Sequence record: DRR378314_1208
DNA length: 64,000 bases
Direction: 5' to 3' (one strand)
Shown here: one piece after another, positions 39,192 to 49,277 of the stretch
How the letters are laid out: each line of letters starts with the position of its first letter
Position numbering within the stretch: the first letter of the stretch is position 1
Notes under the pieces: generated by a model
The model's input: only the letters and a program-made list of their open reading frames with translations
The model's database searches: none
What the model was told of the DNA's origin: nothing
Made by a program: the position numbers and the translations under genes

Positions 39192-40073
39192 CTAGCGGCG
39201 CTCCGATACCTTGAACTCCATGCGCCGGTTCTTCGCCCACGCTTCATAGGTCTCCGCCCGGTCGAGCGGACGGGTTTCTCCATAGCCTACCGCTGTGAGG
39301 ACACTTGCATCCACGCCCCGCTCCACCAGATAGTCGCGAACCGCTTCCGCCCGCTGCGTGGAGATGACCTCATTATAGTCATTCGATCCGCGCGAATCCG
39401 TGTGCCCGCCGATCTCGATGGCATAATCATCACACAAGAGCGCCACGCCGCTCACCGCATCCAGCAAGTCTTCGCTGGTTGGTGAGATGATGGCCAGATT
39501 ACTCTGGAACATGATCGTCCGGTCACGCATCGTATTGTTGAAGGCGGCCTGACAGCGCATGGCATCGATATCACCATTGGAAAGGGAAACCAGAGCGTCC
39601 CCGACACCACGCCCTCCCTCTTCAATTGATATTCCGTTCACGATAAGTGTTACGTCCGGTGCAGCTTCGGCATTCTCTTCGATCGCCGCCCGCCCCGACG
39701 CAAACCCTAGCGCCTTCGCCTCGGCGTCAGGGGCGAGCCCCGTCAAAACTGCAATGGGACCACTGGCGTGCAGGCCCATCCAGGGATACCCCGCATCCGG
39801 GAATGTCCGCTCCAGCGCCGTTACCCAGTCCGCTCCGTCTGCGGTGCGGCGAATGACTGGCTCAGGCTCCGCAGCGGGGGCCGGCGGCGGGGTCGGTGAC
39901 ACGACAAAGGCTGACCCATCCCAGTAATATTGCCCCTCCGCCAACGGCACGCACTGATTGGACTCGCTCGCTGTCGACACAGGCTCTGCGTCCACCTCCT
40001 CGCCGCCACAGGCAACCAGCCCAAGGCAAGCCATCGCGGAGACACTCCCGGCGAACAATCGGTCGAACGTCAT
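39192..40073 (-). CDS. OmpA-family lipoprotein
   Basis: Lipobox LVAC, a Pro-rich linker, and C-terminal GHTDSRG...RAEAV...GYGE...NRRMEF. Confidence 0.9.
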   Translation of the reverse strand: MTFDRLFAGSVSAMACLGLVACGGEEVDAEPVSTASESNQCVPLAEGQYYWDGSAFVVSPTPPPAPAAEPEPVIRRTADGADWVTALERTFPDAGYPWMGLHASGPIAVLTGLAPDAEAKALGFASGRAAIEENAEAAPDVTLIVNGISIEEGGRGVGDALVSLSNGDIDAMRCQAAFNNTMRDRTIMFQSNLAIISPTSEDLLDAVSGVALLCDDYAIEIGGHTDSRGSNDYNEVISTQRAEAVRDYLVERGVDASVLTAVGYGETRPLDRAETYEAWAKNRRMEFKVSERR

Positions 40074-40189
40074 TCAGCACTTCCTCATCTGCACCGCATT
40101 TCTTGCGGCAACTTGATCCCAGCAGGCAAGTCTCAGGCCAATATAGCGCCTTGTCAAAATACTTCGCGGCAGAGGCGAAGCCCCTGCCT

Positions 40190-41482
40190 CTATTGCACCT
40201 GTTTGTAGACAGTTCCGTCCTTCATGACGAAATCGACATCATGCAGTTCGCCAATATCTTTCAATGGGTCCCCCATGACGGCAATGATGTCGGCATGCTT
40301 GCCCGCCGAGATCGTGCCGATCTGATCCGCCATTTCGACATGCTCTGACGCCACGACGGTCGCCGTGCGGATAGCTTCTTCCGGCGTGTAGCCGGCTTCG
40401 ATCATCAGGTCGAATTCGCCGGCATTATCGCCATGCTTGGACACGCCGGTGTCGGTTCCGAACGCAACCGTTACGCCGCCGGCCCGCGCCCGGCGCAAAG
40501 TCTCGACCATCATTGGCCCGATGATCGCAGCTTTTTCACGGCTCGGCGCAGGCAGCCACGGCTCGTTCACCCAGCCCGTCACCGTCGCGCCTGCCAGCAC
40601 AGTCGGCACCAGCACCGCGTCATGCTCCTTGAACAGGGCCACGGTTTCATCGTCGGTATAGGTGCCGTGCTCGATGGAATCGATGCCCGCATTCAGCGCG
40701 GCGATAATGCCGCCCTTGCCATGCGCATGCGCGGTCACCTTGCGACCCATCGAATGCGCCGTTTCGACAATCGCCGACAACTCATCATCCGTGAACTGCT
40801 GTTCCAGACCCGCGCGTGTGTTGGACAGCACCCCGCCCGTCGCGGTGATCTTGATAACGTCGGCACCTTCCTTGATCTGCTGGCGCACGGCGCGGCGGCA
40901 ATCATCAGCGCCATTGCAGATGTTCTTGCCCGTGAACAAGGCCATGACCTCTGGCGAATAGCCATTCACATCGCCATGCCCGCCGGTCACGCTGATTGCC
41001 TGCCCGGATGCGCGGATACGCGGCCCCGGCACATTGCCCTTCGCAATGGCATCCCGCAGTCCGAAAATCGCATTGTTCGACGCGCCGACATCCTGAACCG
41101 TCGTGAATCCGGACAACAGCGTGACATAGGCGAATCCTGCGCCATCAAAGGCGGCATCGACATCCGTATCCTCGAACGCCTTGATCCGCTCGTTCGGCCC
41201 ATTCTCACCGGTGATGTGCACGTGGCTGTCGATCAGGCCGGGCAGCACATAGGCATCTTTCAGGTCGATCAACTCCGCGCCGCGCGGGGCGCGCTGATAG
41301 CCCGCCTCCACGGAAACGATCTTGCCGTCCTCCACAGTGATGGTCTGGCGCGTCAAATATCCTTCGCCCGGTTCCGCCAGCACATGCCCGGCATGGATCA
41401 CGGTCGTATCCGCCATCGCGGCCCCGGTCATCACCGTCGCGAGTGCTGCACCAGTTGCGAGTTTTCTCATTATCTTTGTCAT
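40190..41482 (-). CDS. Secreted amidohydrolase (prolidase-like metal-dependent hydrolase)
   Basis: Signal peptide. Motifs PGLIDSHVH, IKITATGG, AHAHG, SIEHG and GTDTG. Confidence 0.9.
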   Translation of the reverse strand: MTKIMRKLATGAALATVMTGAAMADTTVIHAGHVLAEPGEGYLTRQTITVEDGKIVSVEAGYQRAPRGAELIDLKDAYVLPGLIDSHVHITGENGPNERIKAFEDTDVDAAFDGAGFAYVTLLSGFTTVQDVGASNNAIFGLRDAIAKGNVPGPRIRASGQAISVTGGHGDVNGYSPEVMALFTGKNICNGADDCRRAVRQQIKEGADVIKITATGGVLSNTRAGLEQQFTDDELSAIVETAHSMGRKVTAHAHGKGGIIAALNAGIDSIEHGTYTDDETVALFKEHDAVLVPTVLAGATVTGWVNEPWLPAPSREKAAIIGPMMVETLRRARAGGVTVAFGTDTGVSKHGDNAGEFDLMIEAGYTPEEAIRTATVVASEHVEMADQIGTISAGKHADIIAVMGDPLKDIGELHDVDFVMKDGTVYKQVQ

Positions 41483-41496
41483 GGGCTTTGCCTCCG

Positions 41497-42534
41497 TCAG
41501 GGTGTCAGGATCATTTTCATCGCGCCATTCTCGCGCGCATCAAACATGCGATATGCCTCGGCCCCGTCCGATAGCGGCATGTGATGGGTAATCGTGCGTT
41601 CCGGCGTCAGCTTGCCAGCCTGCACCAAAGGAATCAATTCCGGCCAATGTTCCGGCACCGAACATGTGCCCGTGCGGAAGGTCAGATTCTTGATGAAGGC
41701 CAGTGCCATTGGGAATTTGAAATCCATCGTCTGGTTCACGCCAATACAGGACACCGTGCCCGCAGCCTTCGCAAGTTTCAGAGACAAATGGATCGCCGGA
41801 TCTGCGCCGACGCATTCCACCACGCTGTCGCACATGCGACCCTTGGTCTGCTCCTGCACGATCTGCGCGGCCTCGCCTGCGTCCAGCGCGATTGCGCCCA
41901 GCGCCTCGGCCATTGCGCGTCGCTCCGGCACAAGGTCAACGGCATAAACTTTCGCCGCGCCCATAAGGAACGCGCCTTCCACGGCCATCAGCCCGATCGG
42001 TCCGCAGCCGACCACGGCCACCGTCGCGCCAGGATGAATGTCCGCGCCTTTCAGGCCATGCCAGGCCGTTGGTAAATTGTCCGTCAACAGAACGGCCTGA
42101 TCGTCGCTGATCCCGTCCGGGATGAGCGCCAGTCCGAAATCAGCCACCGGCACCATCGCATACTCGGCCTGAACACCTTGCAGCCCCGGCCCCAGACCAT
42201 AGCAGCGGCCCGCATGGTTTGCGCATTCATTCATATTGCCGCTCATGCATGGCACACAGCTGCCACACCCGACCGCTGCCGAGATCATGACCCGGTCGCC
42301 CGCCTTGAAGCGCGACACGTTACTACCGGTCTCGACCACTTCGCCGACGGCTTCATGACCAACGCAATAGCCAGTCTCTTCACTGAACCCGTGGCCCTGA
42401 TAGATATGCAGGTCAGACCCGCAGATACCACAGGCGGTCATTTTCACGATGGCGCTGCGCGTGTCTTCCGGTTTCAGCTCCGGCGCGTCACCATAGGCGA
42501 TGTCCCGTGCCCCTTGGTACAACAAACCCTTCAT
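41497..42534 (-). CDS. Zinc-dependent alcohol dehydrogenase (FDH-like)
   Basis: Motifs CGSDLH, GHE..G, CxxCxxC...C and GCGPIG. Confidence 0.92.
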   Translation of the reverse strand: MKGLLYQGARDIAYGDAPELKPEDTRSAIVKMTACGICGSDLHIYQGHGFSEETGYCVGHEAVGEVVETGSNVSRFKAGDRVMISAAVGCGSCVPCMSGNMNECANHAGRCYGLGPGLQGVQAEYAMVPVADFGLALIPDGISDDQAVLLTDNLPTAWHGLKGADIHPGATVAVVGCGPIGLMAVEGAFLMGAAKVYAVDLVPERRAMAEALGAIALDAGEAAQIVQEQTKGRMCDSVVECVGADPAIHLSLKLAKAAGTVSCIGVNQTMDFKFPMALAFIKNLTFRTGTCSVPEHWPELIPLVQAGKLTPERTITHHMPLSDGAEAYRMFDARENGAMKMILTP

Positions 42535-42545
42535 GGTGTGTCTCC

Positions 42546-43457
42546 TCAGGCTGGCAGACGGTCAGCGGGATAATGCGGATAGCTCGCCTTCATCACACCG
42601 TGGTTCAACAACATCTCGGCGACTTGCGTCTCACCCGCCGCATCGAAGAAGCGCGTGCGGATCCAGTAATTCTCCACCCGGCGGCTTTCCGACAGCGCCA
42701 CCACTTCACGACGCAGCACATAGGTTTCGCCCACCAGAAGCGGCCCCTCGATCATACGGATTTCCAGATCAGCAAACAGGCCGATCGCAGGCTGCTTCAC
42801 AGGGAACTTCGAATTCCGGTTGGAATAATTGCCCAGCACACTGACCATTTCCAAGGGCACAACAGGCTTACCCCATTTTGACGCCGACGCATCATGGTAG
42901 ATGTCCATCGGCTCGGTAATCACCTTCAGCTTGTCAGCCAGCGAAAAGGGATAGAGATTTCCCATGTGCTGGTCCGCCCCCATCGTGACCACTTCATCGG
43001 CTGCGCCGGTCATGCCGACATGCAGGTCTGACAGGATCACCAGGTCATCTGCCGGGCGCAGCTTCGCCATACGGCCTTCCAGTAGGGTCTCGCCATGATC
43101 CGGCCCAATGGACGCGCTGGCCTCCAAGACCGGCGTACCGTCTTCCTTGAAAGCCCGGCACATTGTCCGTGTCGCGCCGGCCTCCGGGCGGTCCACTTCG
43201 ACACGCACCTTCTCGCCTTCGAACACCATGTTCAGGAAGTGGCTGGAGAAGCAGCCGCGCTCCAGCCACGCATCTCCCCAGATTTCGACCAGATACGGCA
43301 CGAACTGAGAGAAATGCGTCGGCCCTTCAATCGGTCCGGCTTTGATGCCGAGACGCTCGGCTTCGCTGTCATCATGCAGGCTCTTGTGCCCGTCATAGGA
43401 CTGGTCCTGCAGCATCTGTGCGGGCGCGCGCAGCGGCCCCTTGATCGTCTCTGTCAT
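42546..43457 (-). CDS. Probable double hot-dog fold protein (MaoC-like)
   Basis: SLHDDSEAERLGIKAGPIEGP resembles the hydratase-2 motif. A second hot-dog-like half contains LEIRMIEGPLLVGE. Confidence 0.55.
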   Translation of the reverse strand: MTETIKGPLRAPAQMLQDQSYDGHKSLHDDSEAERLGIKAGPIEGPTHFSQFVPYLVEIWGDAWLERGCFSSHFLNMVFEGEKVRVEVDRPEAGATRTMCRAFKEDGTPVLEASASIGPDHGETLLEGRMAKLRPADDLVILSDLHVGMTGAADEVVTMGADQHMGNLYPFSLADKLKVITEPMDIYHDASASKWGKPVVPLEMVSVLGNYSNRNSKFPVKQPAIGLFADLEIRMIEGPLLVGETYVLRREVVALSESRRVENYWIRTRFFDAAGETQVAEMLLNHGVMKASYPHYPADRLPA

Positions 43458-43480
43458 GTTTCCTCCGTCCTTATCGTCTC

Positions 43481-44290
43481 TTATCTTTCTTGTTCGGGCA
43501 AGTTCTGGGGCCGCGCCATGAATCCGGTCTGGCTGGCGGTGGTCAGAAGCATCCCGGATTCATCGAACTGGTGAAGCGTGCCGTGAGCTACGCCGGACGC
43601 AAAGCCGGACATGCGCGTCACATTCAGCACCCAGTCCGATTTCGCAGTCGCATGCATGCGAACCGTATTGTCCAGGCTGCGCCCGCCGCGTGTCTTCGAA
43701 TGGGCGCCCAGGAAAAAGTCCGACATCAGCGCCAGCAAGGGCGCATCGGGAATGCCGGTATCGCGTACCCGCACCCAGACATATTCCTCGCCGGTCTCGT
43801 CATTTTGATACGCTTCTCGCCGTTCGATATGTCCCGCCAAATTGTCCGGCCGGGCAAAGGGAATGTCCCGGCTCGGCGCACAATCCTTCGGTGCCGGGAC
43901 CTCCGGCATCTGAACAAATTGATGCTGCGGTCCATCGGCCACACCGCCCAGCGCCGCCGCCATATGCACGACCATCCGCCCATTGTCCGTCAAATCCGCC
44001 ACAGCCTGCGTGGCAGATCGGCCCTCAGCAAAGCGCGTAACATGAATGTCGAGATCCGCGCCCAATCCCGTCGCACCGGCGAACTGGACCGTTGCCCACA
44101 GCAAGGGAAGATCGGTCGCGACCTGTAACGCATGGATACACGACGCCATCGATACACCGCCCATCAGGAACTGGCTCTCATATGGACCAACACAAGCCGC
44201 CTGCGGAACCGTATAGGTGAACCGGTCAGGGTCCACCGCCGATTGCGACGGCACCCAGAATGCGTCGCGTGCGTGTTCGCCGTCAGCCAT
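43481..44290 (-). CDS. TesB-like acyl-CoA thioesterase
   Basis: Motifs FLMGG, GRSATQ, MP.VP.P, LLALMSD, SLDN and SQ. ATG 44290 has an RBS. Confidence 0.75.
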   Translation of the reverse strand: MADGEHARDAFWVPSQSAVDPDRFTYTVPQAACVGPYESQFLMGGVSMASCIHALQVATDLPLLWATVQFAGATGLGADLDIHVTRFAEGRSATQAVADLTDNGRMVVHMAAALGGVADGPQHQFVQMPEVPAPKDCAPSRDIPFARPDNLAGHIERREAYQNDETGEEYVWVRVRDTGIPDAPLLALMSDFFLGAHSKTRGGRSLDNTVRMHATAKSDWVLNVTRMSGFASGVAHGTLHQFDESGMLLTTASQTGFMARPQNLPEQER

Positions 44291-45536
44291 CCAATTCCTT
44301 CCCGCTTGATGAGCCGCGCTTCGGGTCCAGCCGCGTGGCCACAACCGCCAATGCCAGCAGTGCCGTCGACATGACCAGCGCCATCGTCGCCGTGCCGGAC
44401 CAGCCCCAGATTTCGTAGACGCTTGTCCCCAGCCAGCTGCCGAGCCCACCGCCGATGAACATCAGGATGATGTAAGCCGTCATCAGCCGCGTCCGCACAT
44501 CAGGCGGCTGGCTCAAGAACGTCATCCGCCCCGTCACATCAATCAACGGGCCAACCACATTCATCAGCATCAGCGGCACAAGCAGCGTCCAAACATTATG
44601 GCCCAGCACGCCCAGCAGGCAGACGCCCGTAAACTGGACGAGAGCCACAACAGCCCGCAGCCGGCGCGGACCGATCCGGTCGGCCCATTGGCCAAGGATC
44701 GGCGTGGTGAACATGTTGATCAGGCCGAGCGCAGCCAGATACCCGACCACATCTGCACCATACCCCATCTCCGGACTGGTCAGGTACAGGCCAAGTCCCA
44801 GCCATACGGCCAGGAAAATGCCGAACGCCAGCCCCTGCATCGTGCCGGACAATACCACTTCGGGGTGGCGTCGCACGACGGGAAACAGGGACAGGATCAA
44901 GGAAACATAGCTCTGCCGTTCACCTTCAGCACTTCGTTTCTGGCGCGCATCCATGATCCGGGGCAAAAGTAGCGTCACCGCAGCCATGAGCGCGGTGGCA
45001 ACATAATACACGCTTCGCCAGCCATAATGCTCGCCCAGCCAGCCGCCGCCCACCCGCGCGACCAGGATGCCGCTGATCACGCCTGTCGTCAGCGTCGCGG
45101 TGGTCTGCCCCAGCCGGGCCAGCGACACACGCTTCGACGCATAGGCTGGCAAAAGGTAGGGGGTGATCGTTGAGAAGCCGAGAAAGGTCGAGCCTGCCAC
45201 AAAAACGCGGAAATCCGTCGCGAACGCCATCGCCGCCATGCCCACGAACTGCCCCGCCGCGAATATGGTGGCGAGCGTCCGATTGCTGAACCGGTCGCCC
45301 AAGGGCAGCAACAGGAAGATGCCGAATGCCAGCGCGATCTGGTTGAGCGCGGGAACAAGTCCGATCTCGGAAGCGGACACGCCGAAATCATCTGCCACAA
45401 GCGCGATGATCGGGTGGATATAGTAGGCGTTCGCCGTCACCACCGCGCAGGCAAGCGTCAGCAGCCACAAATCGCGGCGGCTCAGCTGTCGGTAGTCAGC
45501 CTCGCTGCCCGGCTGGCCGGGCGGCACAGAACTCAC
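44283..45536 (-). CDS. MFS transporter
   Basis: About 12 TM helices. Motifs ANAYYIHP, PLGDRFSNR and GQWADRIGPR. Confidence 0.9.
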   Translation of the reverse strand: MSSVPPGQPGSEADYRQLSRRDLWLLTLACAVVTANAYYIHPIIALVADDFGVSASEIGLVPALNQIALAFGIFLLLPLGDRFSNRTLATIFAAGQFVGMAAMAFATDFRVFVAGSTFLGFSTITPYLLPAYASKRVSLARLGQTTATLTTGVISGILVARVGGGWLGEHYGWRSVYYVATALMAAVTLLLPRIMDARQKRSAEGERQSYVSLILSLFPVVRRHPEVVLSGTMQGLAFGIFLAVWLGLGLYLTSPEMGYGADVVGYLAALGLINMFTTPILGQWADRIGPRRLRAVVALVQFTGVCLLGVLGHNVWTLLVPLMLMNVVGPLIDVTGRMTFLSQPPDVRTRLMTAYIILMFIGGGLGSWLGTSVYEIWGWSGTATMALVMSTALLALAVVATRLDPKRGSSSGKELDG

Positions 45537-46621
45537 CCGGGCATCCCGGCACGACGCGCATATTCAGCCGCAAACTTTGCAAGCGGCACAACCCGCGCCG
45601 CATTCGACTCGGCATTCGCGCTGTTGGCGGTGCCATCACGTACTCGGCCAATGATGCCTTGCAGAATGCCCGCAAGACGGAAGCCATTGTACGCAAAATA
45701 ATAGTCAAGCTCCGGCAGGCCATCGCGGCCCGTATGCTTGCAGTAGAGATCGACATATTCGTCCATCGTCGGAATGCCCCAGGCCTTGAGGTCATCGATC
45801 GCCATGATCGAGCCGCGCGAGGAATCGCCTGGAGGCATTACCCAGTTCATCAAGTGATAGGAGAAGTCCGCCAGCGGGTCGCCCAGCGTGCAAAGCTCCC
45901 AGTCCAGCACGGCGATCACGCGCGGCTCGGTCGGGTGCAGCACCATATTGTCGAGGCGATAATCCCCGTGCACGATCGTGGTCTTGTCGCCCGGTGGGAT
46001 GTTGTTCGGCAACCATTCGATCAGCTGTTCCATCTCCGGGATGTGCTGGGTCTCGGACGCTTTGTACTGCTTGGTCCAGCGATGGATCTGACGGGCCACA
46101 TAGTCGCCCTCCTTGCCGAAGCCTTCGAGGCCCGCAGCGCGCCAGTCGACATTGTGCAGGTCCGCGAAGGTCTTCACCTTTGCCTCATAGATCGCACGGC
46201 GTTCGGCCGGCTCGTAATCCGGCAAGGTGCCATCCCACAGGATGCGGCCTTCCACCATGTCCATGACATAGAACATCGTGCCGACCACACTCTCATCGGT
46301 GCACAGGCCGTAGGGCCGCGCCACAGGATAGCCGAGGGGGTAGAGGGCGGAAATCACACGATATTCCCGGTCAACGGCATGGGCGCTCGGCAACAACTTG
46401 CCGGGCGGCTTGCGGCGCATGACGTATTTCTTGTTCGGCGTCACCAGCTGATAGGTCGGGTTGGACTGGCCACCCTTGAACTGGCGCACTTCGAGCGGGC
46501 CTTCATAGCCCTCGACGTTCGCCTCCATCCACGCGGCGAGTTTAGCCTCATCGAACTTGTGAGTGTCCGCGACAGGCTTGGTGCCTGTGAACAATTCCTC
46601 AGCGGTTTCTCCCTCGGCCAT
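45533..46621 (-). CDS. APH-like phosphotransferase (ACAD10/11 N-terminal-like)
   Basis: Motifs GGQSNPTY, SAHAVDREY, HGDYRLDN and LDWEL. Confidence 0.9.
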   Translation of the reverse strand: MAEGETAEELFTGTKPVADTHKFDEAKLAAWMEANVEGYEGPLEVRQFKGGQSNPTYQLVTPNKKYVMRRKPPGKLLPSAHAVDREYRVISALYPLGYPVARPYGLCTDESVVGTMFYVMDMVEGRILWDGTLPDYEPAERRAIYEAKVKTFADLHNVDWRAAGLEGFGKEGDYVARQIHRWTKQYKASETQHIPEMEQLIEWLPNNIPPGDKTTIVHGDYRLDNMVLHPTEPRVIAVLDWELCTLGDPLADFSYHLMNWVMPPGDSSRGSIMAIDDLKAWGIPTMDEYVDLYCKHTGRDGLPELDYYFAYNGFRLAGILQGIIGRVRDGTANSANAESNAARVVPLAKFAAEYARRAGMPG

Positions 46622-46741
46622 TTTTCGCCCTCTTTTCTACAATTTTGCCTGCCACAACATACTCACGGCTTACGCGACGCCAAGGCCTTCCGCGACGTCC
46701 GCACCGGCCAATCCGATTGAAAGGCTCGCATCATGCGAAAC

Positions 46742-46993
46742 ATGGAGACCCTCGCCCGAACCCTCGCCTATCTCGTGATCGGCCTGTTGACCCTGATGGC
46801 CATCATCTTTGTCGTCCTTGCCCGTGAACTGATTCTGGCAGCCCGCCAGCTGAAACGATGGCTCTCCCCGGCGGACCTTTCGCCGCGCCGCCCCCGTGTC
46901 CACTCGCTTGAAAGCCCGCCTGCCGATGCGCCACTTCCTGATTCTGTTATCCCTCTTCTGCCTGCCGCACTTCTCCCAGGCCGAGGCGATTGA
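46742..46993 (+). CDS. Possible small single-pass membrane protein
   Basis: Strong hydrophobic stretch LAYLVIGLLTLMAIIFVVLA. Overlaps the next gene by about 68 nt. Confidence 0.35.
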   Translation: METLARTLAYLVIGLLTLMAIIFVVLARELILAARQLKRWLSPADLSPRRPRVHSLESPPADAPLPDSVIPLLPAALLPGRGD

Positions 46994-47507
46994 CCCAGAC
47001 CGCCTGATCCGCCCGGACCTTCTGGAACAGGCAATCGGCGCGCTCCACACCCATGCCGCACATGCGAATTCGGAGCGTCTGGTCGTCGTCGACTACAGCC
47101 TGCATTCCAGCAAGAAGCGCCTGTTCATCGTCAATCTCGACACCGGTCACGTGTCCGCTTTTCGCACGACGCATGGCCGGGGCTCGGACGCGGACCATGA
47201 TGGCTATCTGGACACTTTCTCCGACACACCCGGCTCTGGCGCGAGTCCGCAGGGCGCTTTCCTGACAGCTGAGGAATATCATGGCCGACACGGCCGGTCG
47301 CTGCGCCTTGACGGGTTGGACGAGACAAACGCCAATGCGCGCCGCCGCGCCATCGTCATCCATGCCGCCGACTATGCAGAACCGGGCATGATCGACACGT
47401 ATGGCAGGCTCGGCCGCTCTCTTGGCTGCATCGTCTTCTCCCGCGCCGACCTCGACGCGTTCATGATCCTTGTCCCGCAAGGCACGTTGATCTTCGTTGG
47501 GCGCTAA
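46926..47507 (+). CDS. Murein L,D-transpeptidase catalytic domain protein (YkuD_2-like)
   Basis: Signal peptide. Motifs VDYSLHSSKKRLF, HGRGSD, SLRLDGL, IVIHAADY and GRSLGC. Confidence 0.88.
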   Translation: MRHFLILLSLFCLPHFSQAEAIDPDRLIRPDLLEQAIGALHTHAAHANSERLVVVDYSLHSSKKRLFIVNLDTGHVSAFRTTHGRGSDADHDGYLDTFSDTPGSGASPQGAFLTAEEYHGRHGRSLRLDGLDETNANARRRAIVIHAADYAEPGMIDTYGRLGRSLGCIVFSRADLDAFMILVPQGTLIFVGR

Positions 47508-47610
47508 GCCCCCCGGAAAGTGCTTGTCACCCCCCATTCCCGGCTTAAAGTGCATGATTGGGGGACGAAAACATGCTGGCAGACGACGCGTCTGATCATC
47601 TTGGGACAAA

Positions 47611-48297
47611 TTGTGCGAGGCCGGACGCCTCGTGAAATTTCCGTTTGCCTTGCCCCGTCTACGACGTAAGCCAGCGCGTGTTGATCCACCATCCTCGCCG
47701 CCCATTGAAACGCCCCCGACCGTACCATCCGCCGCGCCCGGGCCCACCCCGCTGGAGCGGCTCAATCGCTGGCTGACCCTCGGCGCGAATATTGGCGTGC
47801 TGCTGGGCCTTGTCGTCCTGATTGTGGAAGTGCGCCAGAACGCGGCTCTGACACGCGCGGCGATGGACCAGCAGAAGAATGACTTGCTGGCTCAAATCGA
47901 GTTCAACATCGCCAAGCCGGAGATGTCGGCCATCTGGATCAAGGCGATCCGTACGCCGGAAGCCTTGAGCGACACCGAAAACCAGGCGGCTGGCAGCGTC
48001 CTCGTCGCGATCATGCTGCAATGGGACCAGATGTTCATGATGCGCGATGCCGGGCTGATCTCGGACGAGCGCGTGCGCCAGCACATCGCGAACACGGCCC
48101 CCTTCTATTTCGGATCGCGGTTCGCCAAACACTGGTGGGCGCTGCAGGCCCCCGGCTGGGAAGGCACGGCCATGCAAAGGGACGCCGGCCCGATCATCGC
48201 CGCCCTCGATGAGGATTTCCTCGTAGGGTACATGGACTCACTGAAGTTACCGGCAGACGCGACGGCCAGCGAGACAGATGAGGACGCGCCGGAATGA
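47611..48297 (+). CDS. Hypothetical single-pass membrane protein, family A copy 1 (start uncertain)
   Basis: TM segment WLTLGANIGVLLGLVVLIVEVRQN, then a helical domain with GLISDE...HWW. Confidence 0.75.
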   Translation: MCEAGRLVKFPFALPRLRRKPARVDPPSSPPIETPPTVPSAAPGPTPLERLNRWLTLGANIGVLLGLVVLIVEVRQNAALTRAAMDQQKNDLLAQIEFNIAKPEMSAIWIKAIRTPEALSDTENQAAGSVLVAIMLQWDQMFMMRDAGLISDERVRQHIANTAPFYFGSRFAKHWWALQAPGWEGTAMQRDAGPIIAALDEDFLVGYMDSLKLPADATASETDEDAPE

Positions 48298-48785
48298 CGT
48301 TGGAGCAGCTCTATTTCATTGCCGGGATTGTCTCGTCGGTTGCGGTGATTGCGTCACTGATCTTTGTCGGTTTCCAGTTGAGACACTCTGCCGACCAGCA
48401 GCGCATCGCGACCGCGGTTGGCTATTACGACATCTTCCGCGACCATATGAAGATCCTCAGCGAAGCCGGAATGGTCGATCTGTTCCTGCGAGGGCTGGAC
48501 ACGGATCCACAGGAGTTTGAAGCCGCGGACAGGAGGCGCCTCAACGTATTCTACACAATGGTCACACGCGGCTATCAGGTGATGCATTATCAGGCCCGCA
48601 AGAAGGTCTTCGAGGAAGACTTCTGGCGACATTCGCAAAACCATTTTCGCGACCATCTGGCTTCCAAATATTATCAGGGCTTCTGGAAGGCGCGGCGCCA
48701 CCACTTCCCGCCAAGCTTCCGCAAGCTTGTCGACGAACTGATCAAAGCCGGGCCGACCGCGCCGCTTCTGGAGATGGAGCCATGA
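48294..48785 (+). CDS. Hypothetical single-pass membrane protein, family A copy 2
   Basis: MTLEQLYFIAGIVSSVAVIASLIFVGFQ...YQ...FW...FPPSF. ATGA overlap. Confidence 0.8.
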   Translation: MTLEQLYFIAGIVSSVAVIASLIFVGFQLRHSADQQRIATAVGYYDIFRDHMKILSEAGMVDLFLRGLDTDPQEFEAADRRRLNVFYTMVTRGYQVMHYQARKKVFEEDFWRHSQNHFRDHLASKYYQGFWKARRHHFPPSFRKLVDELIKAGPTAPLLEMEP

Positions 48786-49270
48786 CCCTCGAACAAGCCG
48801 CCCTCATTGCACAGATTATCGGCGTCGTCGTTGTGGCAGCGACGCTCATCTATCTTGCCCTGCAAGTGCACCAGGGCGCGCAGCAGATGCGCTCCGAAAG
48901 CCGTCAGGCGCAGCTCACCTATGACCAGACCGGCGTCTACAAATTCGTCGACTTCCCGGAACTGGGCCGCATCTTCTCGCAGACCGAAACACCGAGCTTC
49001 GAGGAGAAGACCAAACTGTTTTTCTGGATGATCGGCCAGATGCGGGCGCGCGAGTATGAGTGGCTGCAATACCAGAACGGCGCGATCACGAAAGAGTCCT
49101 GGGAGACGTATCAGGGCGTCATTTATTTCGTCCTCGGCACGCCGCGCGGCCGCGCCCTGTGGCAGCTCTGCCGGGGCTATTTCAATGCCGGGTTCGCGGA
49201 CATGGTCGACGGCATGGTGCGAGACGTGCCCCCGATTGATCTGTGGGACCAGTTGCAGGCTGTGGAGTAG
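48782..49270 (+). CDS. Hypothetical single-pass membrane protein, family A copy 3
   Basis: MTLEQAALIAQIIGVVVVAATLIYLALQ...LQYQNG...LW...FNAGF. ATGA overlap. Confidence 0.8.
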   Translation: MTLEQAALIAQIIGVVVVAATLIYLALQVHQGAQQMRSESRQAQLTYDQTGVYKFVDFPELGRIFSQTETPSFEEKTKLFFWMIGQMRAREYEWLQYQNGAITKESWETYQGVIYFVLGTPRGRALWQLCRGYFNAGFADMVDGMVRDVPPIDLWDQLQAVE

Positions 49271-49277
49271 ACTGACC

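Noticed and set aside
49056..49277. N-terminal extensions in the ORF track (also 3478, 12537, 33141, 37227, 44449, 56949, 62118)
   Set aside because: Downstream starts have better RBSs or ATGA coupling and match family N-termini, while the extensions overlap neighbouring genes or promoters.
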